From Candidatus Omnitrophota bacterium (GTDB lineage: Bacteria; Ratteibacteria; UBA8468; MWAK01), in the NCBI GenBank assembly GCA_043826355.1, contig JBDRQI010000003.1:7440-71439 (forward strand): a DNA stretch of 64,000 bases. The letters run 5' to 3'. The notes beneath the pieces are model-generated. The model saw nothing but the letters and a program-made list of their open reading frames with translations. It was not told the origin of the DNA and searched no databases. Each line of letters opens with the position of its first letter. Position 1 is the stretch's first letter. A program made the translations under genes and the position numbers. Positions 1-7,825 of the stretch are shown here, piece by piece.

Positions 1-562
1 GAAAGAAGTATCCCGGGCGATGTGGAAATTGATGAATTACAGTCTTAGACACGTAAAATGGCTAATTGAAGTTAAAGGAATCCATTTTGACGCTCTCTAC
101 TTTTCGGCCGACCTTTGCTACCGCAACGGCATGCTCTTTTCCCCGAAAATATACCGTGAACTGATTATGCCAATTCATCAGGAATATAAGCGATTTTGTG
201 CTGAACACAATATGTTCTTTATGCTGCATTGTGACGGCGATGTGCGGGAGTTTATTCCGCTGGTCATCGAATCTGGTTTCGACGCAATAGAACCTTTAGA
301 AGCAAGGGCTGGAAATGATGTCCGGGAGCTGAAAGCCCTGTACGGCGACCGGATTACTTTTTTCGGGAATATAAATGCGGATATAATAGCCAACGGCACG
401 AAAGAACAGATTCGGGAAGAGGTTATATCTAAAGTTAACGTAGCCAAACAAGGCGGGGGTTACATATATCACATAGACCACTCTGTTCCACCAACGATTA
501 GTCTTGACAATTATTCTTTTTTAATCAAAACGCTCAAAGAAGCAGCAAAGATTGTAAGATAA
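1..562 (+). CDS. Uroporphyrinogen decarboxylase (URO-D)/MtaA-like family protein, 5'-truncated by window edge
   Basis: ORF continues from before position 1; translated C-terminal half resembles URO-D/methylcobamide methyltransferase family fold (…HCDGDVREFIPL…FDAIEPLE… motif context). Family-level similarity by eye only. Confidence 0.55.
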   Translation, partial: KEVSRAMWKLMNYSLRHVKWLIEVKGIHFDALYFSADLCYRNGMLFSPKIYRELIMPIHQEYKRFCAEHNMFFMLHCDGDVREFIPLVIESGFDAIEPLEARAGNDVRELKALYGDRITFFGNINADIIANGTKEQIREEVISKVNVAKQGGGYIYHIDHSVPPTISLDNYSFLIKTLKEAAKIVR

Positions 563-686
563 ATACTTGAGTTCGGCACTTTCAAATTAGAATCACCCTG
601 TCTCAACTTTTCAAACAATCTTAAATATGGGCTTCTTATTTTCCGGGTATCCCTTATTGGCGGGGCAGGGGGGGGGTGACAAACAT

Positions 687-715
687 TTGACACAATAAAG
701 AAAATATAGTAACAT
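687..715 (+). promoter_or_regulatory. Putative sigma70-type promoter for 5S rRNA (TTGACA-N17-TAACAT)
   Basis: Perfect -35 hexamer TTGACA at ~687-692, 17-bp spacer, TAnnnT-type -10 ending ~10 nt before the 5S 5' end. A G9 homopolymer lies ~20 bp upstream (668-676). Confidence 0.35.
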
Positions 716-724
716 TATACTTGT

Positions 725-843
725 CCCTGGTGACTATAGCGAAAGGGCCACACCCGTTCCCATTCCGAATACGGTCGTTAAGCCTTTCTGCGCCAATGGT
801 ACTGCTCTGGATAACGGAGCGGGAGAGTAGGTCGTCACCGGGG
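725..843 (+). rRNA. rrf: 5S ribosomal RNA (unlinked to 16S/23S in this window)
   Basis: Sequence carries 5S loop-C/helix consensus stretch CACCCGTTCCCATTCCGAATACGG..GTTAAGC..GAGAGTAGG; terminal helix I pairs CCCTGGTGAC with GTCACCGGGG (10 bp incl. one G-U); followed by U-run (CATTTTTAT). Confidence 0.85.
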
Positions 844-953
844 GCATTTTTATATCAATCCGCCTTTATTCAACATCACATTCCATCGTATTTTTCTTCC
901 CTCTCTGTCGGTTTGCTTGCTGTCTTTTCCCATATTGAGTTATAATAAAAAGA

Positions 954-990
954 TTGGAGTTTTATAAATAGGTTGGAGTTTTATAAATAG
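954..990. repeat. Tandem direct repeat 2 x 18 bp (TTGGAGTTTTATAAATAG) separated by 1 nt, upstream of EF-G-like gene
   Basis: Exact duplication read directly in sequence 954-971 and 973-990. Confidence 0.6.
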
Positions 991-1036
991 AGCGTTTTTT
1001 CGGTTTTATTCTTTTCGCAATTACTCGGGAGAAAAG

Positions 1037-2965
1037 ATGCGCAGAATAAGGAACATCGGTTTCTTTGGGCAGGGCAAAAGCGGTAAAACCACTTTGATTG
1101 AAGCGCTGCTTTTAAAAGCCGGGTCCATTAACCGGGCCGGAAACATTGCAGACGGAAATACAACACTGGATTTTGACCCCGAAGAAGTAAAAAGGCAACT
1201 CAGTGTAAATCTGGCTCTCGGCCACCTGGATTGGAAAGACGTCCGAGTCAACCTGATCGATACACCCGGATACGCCGACTTTTGCGGAGAGGCAATTTCC
1301 GGAGCCGTTGCAGCCGATTTTGCCGTTATTACTGTTCCGGCGGATAGTGGTCCGGCAGTCGGCGCCGAACATGCCTGGAAATTAGTTTCCAAACTTAACC
1401 TGCCAACCATCTTTTTTTTAACCAAGGCAGATCTCAAGCCGGACGCCGGCGAAGAACTGGCAAACAAATTAAGTCAGAAATGGCAGGTCCGGATTGTGCC
1501 GGCAAATAACCGGCAGGCGCTGGTAGAGGTTGCTGCGGAAACAGATGAAGCAACGCTCGGCAAATATCTGGAAGAAGGCGCTCTTTCTTCGGAAGAGTTT
1601 AAATCCGGTCTGAAAAAAGCGATTATGGACCGTCAGGTATTTCCGCTTTTTACCGCGTCGGCAACCAAAGGGGACGGCCTGGCGGAGTTTCTTGACTTTA
1701 CGGTTGATTTTCTGCCGGAATACTCAGAACTACCGCCGATTCCATTCCAGGGGGAAGGTTTTTGCCTCCGTTCTGATTCAAATCCACTATTCCTCCGTGT
1801 TTTTAAGACAACCAGTGACCCTCACGTTGGCCGACTTTCCTATTTTAAAGTTGAATCCGGCATCCTTTCACATAACTCAACATTATTTAATATCAACCAC
1901 TCGGAAAAGGAACGCCTGGGACAATTTTTCTTTATTCAGGGCAAAAAACAGGAACCGGTGGAAAAAGGAGAGCCGGGTGATATTCTGGGCGTGGCCAAAT
2001 TAAACTATACCCATATCGGAGACACAATATCTGTTAACGGTCAGACAAAATCTTTTCCGGCGCTTAATTTCCCCAATTCCGCTATTTCGGTGTCGTTATC
2101 TCCCAAAGAAAAGGGGAACGAGGATAAATTAGGGGTTGCTTTCAACCGAATACTGGAAGAAGATCCGACTATTAAAATTCATCGGGATGCCGAAACCGGC
2201 GAAACGATTCTTTCCGGTATCGGCGACCTGCAACTTGACGTTTGGGTGAGCCGTCTGGCAAAACGTTTTAGTGCGGAAGTAGTTAAGGGTATCCCCAGAA
2301 TTGCTTACCGGGAAACGGTTACGGCGCCTGCCAGCGGTCAAGGAAAGTTTAAAAGACAGGCCGGCGGTCACGGCCAGTATGGTGACTGCTGGCTGAAGAT
2401 TGAACCTCTTACCCGGGGCGGCGGTTTTGAATTTGTAGACGCGGTTGTCGGCGGAGCCATTCCCAGGCAGTATATACCTTCAGTGGAAAAGGGCGTCCGG
2501 GAAGCAATGAACAAAGGCGTTCTGGCTAACTATCCGATGACCGATATCCGGGTTACCCTTTACGATGGTACATTTCATCCGGTGGATTCCTCGGACATTG
2601 CTTTTCAACTCGCCGGTTCTCTGGCGTTAAAAAAAGTGGCGTCGGAAGCAAAATCCGCCCTACTGGAACCGATTATGAACGTAGAAGTTATTGTACCCAA
2701 GGATTATGTTGGGGACATCATCGGAGACATAAACGGACGCCGGGGCAAAGTCTTAAGTATGGATACGGCCGAGGGTGAAAACCAGGTGGTTGTTACCCAG
2801 CTGCCCCTGGCTGAAATGGCCAATTACGCCACTTCGCTGCGTTCCCTGACCAGCGGACAGGCCAGTTACCAGGCAAACTTCTCTCATTATGAATTTGTCC
2901 CCTATCACATTTCGGAAAAGATTGTTAAGGAACGGGAAACGGCCAAGGGAGTTACGAAAGAATAA
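1037..2965 (+). CDS. Elongation factor G-like translational GTPase paralog with degenerate G-motifs
   Basis: 642 aa; EF-G domain order recognisable (G domain, domain II, III, IV GQYGDCWLKIEP…, V). P-loop GQGKSGKTT, G3 DTPGYADF (catalytic His replaced by Tyr), G4 TKAD instead of NKxD. Confidence 0.8.
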   Translation: MRRIRNIGFFGQGKSGKTTLIEALLLKAGSINRAGNIADGNTTLDFDPEEVKRQLSVNLALGHLDWKDVRVNLIDTPGYADFCGEAISGAVAADFAVITVPADSGPAVGAEHAWKLVSKLNLPTIFFLTKADLKPDAGEELANKLSQKWQVRIVPANNRQALVEVAAETDEATLGKYLEEGALSSEEFKSGLKKAIMDRQVFPLFTASATKGDGLAEFLDFTVDFLPEYSELPPIPFQGEGFCLRSDSNPLFLRVFKTTSDPHVGRLSYFKVESGILSHNSTLFNINHSEKERLGQFFFIQGKKQEPVEKGEPGDILGVAKLNYTHIGDTISVNGQTKSFPALNFPNSAISVSLSPKEKGNEDKLGVAFNRILEEDPTIKIHRDAETGETILSGIGDLQLDVWVSRLAKRFSAEVVKGIPRIAYRETVTAPASGQGKFKRQAGGHGQYGDCWLKIEPLTRGGGFEFVDAVVGGAIPRQYIPSVEKGVREAMNKGVLANYPMTDIRVTLYDGTFHPVDSSDIAFQLAGSLALKKVASEAKSALLEPIMNVEVIVPKDYVGDIIGDINGRRGKVLSMDTAEGENQVVVTQLPLAEMANYATSLRSLTSGQASYQANFSHYEFVPYHISEKIVKERETAKGVTKE

Positions 2966-2989
2966 TGGAGTTATGAAAAGAGGTGGGCT

Positions 2990-3739
2990 ATGAGCGGACA
3001 TTCCAAGTGGGCAAGCATCAAGCACAAAAAAGCGGCAACCGATGCGAAGAAAGGCAAAGCCTTTACCAAACTTATCCGCGAGATTATGATGGCGGCGCGC
3101 AACGGAGGCGGTAACTCTGACTCCAATTCCAGACTGCGCCTGGCTGTTGAAAAAGCGAAAGAAGAAAACATGCCGGCCGAAAATATCAAAAGAGCGATCC
3201 AGAAAGGAACCGGTGAAGGCAACGAAAACCAGATGGAAGAGATTTCCTACGAAGGATACGGTCCGGCCGGCGTGGCGATTAAACTTGACGTCGTTACCGA
3301 CAACAAGCGCCGCACCGCCTCGGAAATCCGGTCGGTTTTTTCTAAAAACAACGGGAATCTGGGCGAAGTAGGGTGCGTTTCCTGGATCTTTGAACGAAAG
3401 GGGCAGATTTCGATTCCCCGAACCGGAGCAGATGAAGACGCGCTCTTTACCCTGGCAATCGAATCCGGAGCGGAAGATGTTGTTTCGGAACCGGACTTTT
3501 TCCAGATATACACCCGGGCCGAAGACCTGGAAAAGGTAAAGAAATCCGTGGAGGCGGGCGGCATTAAGGTACAATCAGCGTTCTTTACGATGCAACCCAA
3601 AACAACAATCCGAATTGAAGGCAAAGATGCAGAACAACTTTTACGCCTGCTTGACGCCCTGGAAGACCACGACGACGTGCAAACGGTCTATTCCAACTTT
3701 GAAATTTCAGACGACCTTTTGGAAAAATTAAATATTTAG
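2990..3739 (+). CDS. yebC: YebC/PmpR family DNA-binding transcriptional regulator
   Basis: N-terminus MSGHSKWASIKHKKAATDAKKGK… is the hallmark YebC start; 249 aa typical length. Confidence 0.85.
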   Translation: MSGHSKWASIKHKKAATDAKKGKAFTKLIREIMMAARNGGGNSDSNSRLRLAVEKAKEENMPAENIKRAIQKGTGEGNENQMEEISYEGYGPAGVAIKLDVVTDNKRRTASEIRSVFSKNNGNLGEVGCVSWIFERKGQISIPRTGADEDALFTLAIESGAEDVVSEPDFFQIYTRAEDLEKVKKSVEAGGIKVQSAFFTMQPKTTIRIEGKDAEQLLRLLDALEDHDDVQTVYSNFEISDDLLEKLNI

Positions 3740-3780
3740 TGTAATTTACTGAAACGAGGACTATTTTTTTGCAACACTTC

Positions 3781-3912
3781 GCGTAATGTCAGCTGCAAAA
3801 CAAGCAATACGGAGGTTTGAGTATCCGGGGCTCGCCGGTTCTCCTGGCGAGAACACGGAGAGGCTCAAGCCGTAAGTTGCGTAGTTTTGTCTGATACGCA
3901 GAGTGTGTAGCA
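3781..3912 (+). ncRNA. Candidate structured RNA / repeat element, copy 1 (family shared with 46541-46740)
   Basis: Ends pair (UGUCAG..CAAAAC with GUUUUG..CUGAUA), internal hairpin CUCGCC/GGCGAG; homologous copy at 46.5 kb shows compensatory CUCACC/GGUGAG. Identity unknown. Confidence 0.3.
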
Positions 3913-3934
3913 AAAAAAACATCCGAGAGACCGA

Positions 3935-4423
3935 ATGATAGTGGCCGGATTTGACCCGGGACTGAACCGAACCGGTTTTGGAATTATCGAGAATTTAGCG
4001 CCGCTTTCGGTTCTGGGCTTCGGGGTAATTGCGCCCCGTGCCAGTAAAATTTTCGCGGAACGCTTATCCGAAATTTACGCCGGCGCCCGCCGGGTTCTGA
4101 AGGAGTATGCTCCGGACGTAATTGTGGTGGAAGAGATTTATTTTGCGAATAATCCCCAGACTACTCTTAAGATTGGGATTGTCCGGGGTCTTCTCTTTGC
4201 GGCGGCTCTGGAGCAAAAAATTGAAATCGCTTCCTTTTCGCCTGCGGAAGTAAAGATGGCGGTTGTCGGAAAAGGCAACGCCACCAAAGACCAGGTTGGT
4301 TTTCTGGTTGCCAGAATTTTGGGGATAAAAAAAGAAATTCCGGAAGACAGCGCAGACGCCCTGGCGGTTTCTCTTTGTTATCTCAGCCATCAAAAGTATA
4401 AGAGCAAATTATTGTTGGTGTAG
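3935..4423 (+). CDS. ruvC: Crossover junction endodeoxyribonuclease RuvC
   Basis: 162 aa, N-terminus MIVAGFDPGLNRTGFGII typical RuvC; followed by ruvA-ruvB. Confidence 0.9.
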   Translation: MIVAGFDPGLNRTGFGIIENLAPLSVLGFGVIAPRASKIFAERLSEIYAGARRVLKEYAPDVIVVEEIYFANNPQTTLKIGIVRGLLFAAALEQKIEIASFSPAEVKMAVVGKGNATKDQVGFLVARILGIKKEIPEDSADALAVSLCYLSHQKYKSKLLLV

Positions 4424-4504
4424 GGGAGGGGCTGTGCCCCTTCTCACAGTAGGACAGTCGTCTCGCTTGTCAAAACACGGGCGGGGATGTAACCCCGCCC
4501 CTAC
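4420..4504. repeat. GC-rich hairpin repeat element (GGGGAGGGG-type module plus second hairpin), upstream of ruvA
   Basis: gtaggggaggggctgtgcccc…cgggcggggatgtaaccccgcccctac; inverted termini GTAGGGG/CCCCTAC; related copy before leuC (61.26 kb) sharing tcgc(t/c)tgtcaaaa..cacggg and ending ctacaaa(a)atat immediately before the start codon. Confidence 0.55.
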
Positions 4505-4520
4505 AAAAATATTTTAATTT

Positions 4521-5099
4521 ATGTACGCCTATCTGCGCGGAAAATTAGCGGTTAAGAACCCGACCTCGGTAATCCTTGATTTGGCCGGCGTGGGTTACGA
4601 AGTGAGCATACCGCTTTCTACCTTCGACCATCTACCCGAAACGGGCGGCGAAGTTTTTCTTTATATTTACCCCTGCTACCGGCCGGAAAATATTACCCTT
4701 TGCGGTTTTGCCACCAAGGAAGAGAAACTGCTCTTCAACCTTCTTCTGGGGGTAAACGGCGTGGGTCCAAAACTCGGGCTGACCATCCTCTCCGGCACAA
4801 CCGCGGCTCACTTCCGGGATGCTATTATTTCCGGAGACGATAAGACACTCTGCGCTATTTCCGGTATCGGTAAAAAACTGAGCCAGCGCCTGATTACCGA
4901 ACTGAAAGACCAGATTATCAATCTGGAAGAATCTCTTTCCTCCGGTACGGAATCATCTCTGGAGAAAGAGGCGATTGGTGCCCTGGTAACACTGGGCTAT
5001 TCCCGCGCCAAAGCCTACAAAGCAGTTCAGGACGCAATGAATTCCAGGAAACCGGGTAGATTGGAACCGTTAATTAAAGAGGCCCTGAAACGGATTTAA
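4521..5099 (+). CDS. ruvA: Holliday junction branch migration protein RuvA
   Basis: 192 aa; MYAYLRGKL…VILDLAGVGYEV… canonical RuvA N-terminus; C-terminal domain present. Confidence 0.9.
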   Translation: MYAYLRGKLAVKNPTSVILDLAGVGYEVSIPLSTFDHLPETGGEVFLYIYPCYRPENITLCGFATKEEKLLFNLLLGVNGVGPKLGLTILSGTTAAHFRDAIISGDDKTLCAISGIGKKLSQRLITELKDQIINLEESLSSGTESSLEKEAIGALVTLGYSRAKAYKAVQDAMNSRKPGRLEPLIKEALKRI

Positions 5100-5172
5100 T
5101 GCAACGGTGTCATTCCCGCAGACAGCAAGCGGGAATCCATTTTAGTAGGTTTGATGTCATAATTGATTCCCG

Positions 5173-6216
5173 ATGGAAAAAAAACGGATTGACCTTACCG
5201 CACCCGATACTCTCCCCGAGGACACAAAGTATGATATCGCCCTGCGTCCGGTCAGCCTGGACGATTTTATCGGCCAGGATAAACTGAAACGAAATCTGAA
5301 AATTTTTATCCAGGCCGCATCCGAACGTAAGGACCCGCTTGACCACACGTTATTTTCCGGTCCGCCGGGTCTGGGTAAAACGACGCTGGCGCACATTATC
5401 GCTGCGGAAATGGGTGTAAAGATCAAAGCCACTTCCGGTCCCGCGATTGAACGCCCGGGAGACCTGGCCGGCCTGTTGACCAACCTTGGCCGTTCCGACG
5501 TAATCTTTATTGACGAAATACACCGGCTTAATCATACCGTAGAAGAATACCTGTACGGTGCGATGGAGGACTTTCACATTGATATTATGACTGGGGACGG
5601 TCCGCGCGCCAATTCCATCCGATTGACCCTGGAACCGTTTACCCTGCTCGGCGCCACCACCCGCGCCGGCCTTTTAACCGCGCCCCTGCGGTCCCGGTTC
5701 GGCATCAACCTGCGGCTGGATTATTATCCGTCGGACAACCTGGCGGCCATCGTGCGGCGCTCCGCCGGAATTCTCAAAGTTGTGATTGAAGACGGGGCCT
5801 CCGGAGAGATTGCCCGGCGCAGCCGCGGGACTCCCCGGATCGCCAACCGTCTTTTGCGCCGGGTGCGGGATTTCGCCCAGGTTTCCGGCGAGAAGATAAT
5901 CCGGCAGGAACTGGTTGTTTCGGCGCTGGACAGCATGGATGTCGACCGGTTCGGACTGGACGAGATGGATAAGCGTATTCTGGAGGTCATCATCCAAAAA
6001 TTTTCCGGAGGACCGGTAGGCGTTAAAACCCTTTCGGTAGCGGTCGGCGAAGAAGTGGATACCCTGGAGGAGATTTACGAACCGTTTCTGGTCAGGGAAG
6101 GATATTTGGAGCGGACCCTGAAAGGCCGCCTGGCAACACCCCGCGCTTATCAGCATCTTAATCTGGAAATTCCGAAGTCGTTGTCCGACCAGTCTAAACT
6201 TTTTAATAATACATAG
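5173..6216 (+). CDS. ruvB: Holliday junction branch migration ATPase RuvB
   Basis: 347 aa; Walker A GPPGLGKTTLA, AAA+ RuvB architecture. Confidence 0.95.
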   Translation: MEKKRIDLTAPDTLPEDTKYDIALRPVSLDDFIGQDKLKRNLKIFIQAASERKDPLDHTLFSGPPGLGKTTLAHIIAAEMGVKIKATSGPAIERPGDLAGLLTNLGRSDVIFIDEIHRLNHTVEEYLYGAMEDFHIDIMTGDGPRANSIRLTLEPFTLLGATTRAGLLTAPLRSRFGINLRLDYYPSDNLAAIVRRSAGILKVVIEDGASGEIARRSRGTPRIANRLLRRVRDFAQVSGEKIIRQELVVSALDSMDVDRFGLDEMDKRILEVIIQKFSGGPVGVKTLSVAVGEEVDTLEEIYEPFLVREGYLERTLKGRLATPRAYQHLNLEIPKSLSDQSKLFNNT

Positions 6217-6258
6217 TTATTATGCCGTTCTGAGCGTAAGCGAAAATCCCGTGGTAAC

Positions 6259-6282
6259 GTAGTGCGACTCTGTCAGGGTCGC
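6259..6282. repeat. REP-like palindromic repeat GTAGTGCGAC(T/C)CT(T/G)TCAGGGTCGC
   Basis: One of >=5 copies (6259, 7743, 9310, 62630, variant 11610); forms hairpin GCGACCCT-TTC-AGGGTCGC; generates a spurious MRLCQGRP N-terminal extension on the downstream ORF. Confidence 0.6.
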
Positions 6283-6294
6283 CCACAGAACACT

Positions 6295-7011
6295 ATGCTT
6301 TCAGCCGAAAATATTTTCAAGAGTTATCGCGACAAACCGGCGGTAAACGGTCTTTCCCTCGAGGTTAAAAAGGGTGAAATCGTAGGGCTTCTGGGACCAA
6401 ACGGCGCCGGCAAGACAACTACATTTTACCTTCTGATCGGCTGGCTCCGTCCGGACCGGGGAAATATCCGCCTGAACGATAAAGAGATAACGCGATTGCC
6501 GATGTACCGGCGGGCGAGGTTGGGCCTCGGTTATCTGCCGCAGGAACCATCGGTCTTCCGCAAATTGACCGTGGAAGATAACCTGACCGCGGTCCTTCAG
6601 TTTCAGCCGCTTTCGGCGAAAGAACAAAGAAAACGCCGGCTGGAAGTACTGGAAAAAATGGGGCTGACCGCGCTTTCAACGCAAATCGCCGGTACTCTCT
6701 CCGGCGGTGAACGCCGCAAGGTTGAGATTGCCCGCAGTCTTGTGCTTAACCCTTCGTACCTCCTGCTGGATGAACCGTTCAGCGGAATCGACCCGATTAC
6801 CATCGAAGATATCCGCGTGATTATCCGGAACCTGGCCCGCTCCGGCATCGGAATTTTGATTACCGACCACAACGTCCGCGAAACCCTGTCAATTACGGAC
6901 CGCTCCTATCTTGTTTTCCAGGGAAAAATTCTGATTTCCGGTTCCGGGCCGGAACTGGTAAACAATCCGGAAGCCAGGCGTTTTTACCTCGGCGAAACAT
7001 TTACTTTGTAG
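6295..7011 (+). CDS. lptB: ABC transporter ATP-binding protein, LptB-like (LPS export)
   Basis: Walker A GPNGAGKTT, signature LSGGERRKVEIARSL, ~240 aa LptB-size; true start taken at MLSAENIF downstream of the repeat-derived extension. Confidence 0.65.
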   Translation: MLSAENIFKSYRDKPAVNGLSLEVKKGEIVGLLGPNGAGKTTTFYLLIGWLRPDRGNIRLNDKEITRLPMYRRARLGLGYLPQEPSVFRKLTVEDNLTAVLQFQPLSAKEQRKRRLEVLEKMGLTALSTQIAGTLSGGERRKVEIARSLVLNPSYLLLDEPFSGIDPITIEDIRVIIRNLARSGIGILITDHNVRETLSITDRSYLVFQGKILISGSGPELVNNPEARRFYLGETFTL

Positions 7012-7055
7012 ATTTCTCTCTCGGGGGAGAGGGTGAAAGGTAAAGGGTAATTTCT

Positions 7056-7742
7056 GTGCATATTGGAATCATTATGGACGGGAACGGCCGCTGGGCTAAA
7101 AAGCGCGGCCGGCCGAGGATTTTTGGCCACAAAACCGGCGCGGACCGGATTGATGAAATCGTGCGCGCCTGTCCGGATTTAGGCGTCAAATATCTATCGC
7201 TTTACGCTTTTTCCACGGAGAACTGGAACCGGCCGGGAAAAGAAGTCGGTTTTTTGATTAAACTTTTCGCGGAAAAGATAAAGAAGAAAACGGCCGGGAT
7301 GAAGAAGGAAGGCGTCCGGGTTCTATTTTTAGGCGACCGGACCGCTTTTCCGGAAAACCTGCAGAGCTTGATGGCGTACTGTGAATCTGAAACCGCATCC
7401 GGCCGGAAAGTTAACGTGGCACTCTGCCTTAATTACGGAAGCCGGGATGAAATCGTAAGGGCGGCGCGCAGAATCAGCGAAGAGGTGCAGGCCGGAAAAC
7501 TGAAACCGTCACTGATTACCGAAAACCTCTTCAGCCAATATCTTGACACCCGGGAACTGCCGCCGCCGGATTTAATAATCCGCACCAGCGGAGAGTTGCG
7601 GTTATCCAACTTTTTCCTCTTTCAATCCGCCTACGCGGAGTTATATTTTACCCAAACCCTCTGGCCGGATTTCAGCACCGGGGAATTCGCTTCCGCGCTT
7701 GCTGAGTTAAAAAAACGGAAACGGCGTTTCGGAGACGTTTAG
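7056..7742 (+). CDS. uppS: Undecaprenyl diphosphate synthase
   Basis: HIGIIMDGNGRWA motif at N-terminus; 228 aa. Confidence 0.9.
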   Translation: MHIGIIMDGNGRWAKKRGRPRIFGHKTGADRIDEIVRACPDLGVKYLSLYAFSTENWNRPGKEVGFLIKLFAEKIKKKTAGMKKEGVRVLFLGDRTAFPENLQSLMAYCESETASGRKVNVALCLNYGSRDEIVRAARRISEEVQAGKLKPSLITENLFSQYLDTRELPPPDLIIRTSGELRLSNFFLFQSAYAELYFTQTLWPDFSTGEFASALAELKKRKRRFGDV

Positions 7743-7799
7743 TAGTGCGACCCTTTCAGGGTCGCCTGCAGGGGAGGGGTTCTGTCTCCTCCCGCACCT
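7743..7799. repeat. Composite repeat: REP-like module + GGGGAGGGG…CCTCCC hairpin module
   Basis: gtagtgcgaccctttcagggtcgc followed by ctgcaggggaggggttctgtctcctcccgc; creates spurious MRPFQGR… extension of dxr ORF. Confidence 0.6.
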
Positions 7800-7825
7800 T
7801 TTGTCAGTGCGTCCAAATAATTTTA

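Noticed and set aside
7745-7825. ORF starts MRPFQGRLQGRG… (also MRLCQGRP… at 6262 and MRPFQGRFV… at 62633) suggesting long N-terminal extensions on dxr, lptB and leuD
   Set aside because: The extensions are translations of the REP-like and GGGGAGGGG repeat modules. Conserved protein N-termini (MFAKKRIVILGSTGS, MLSAENIF, MKLQGKTW) begin downstream, so starts were moved.
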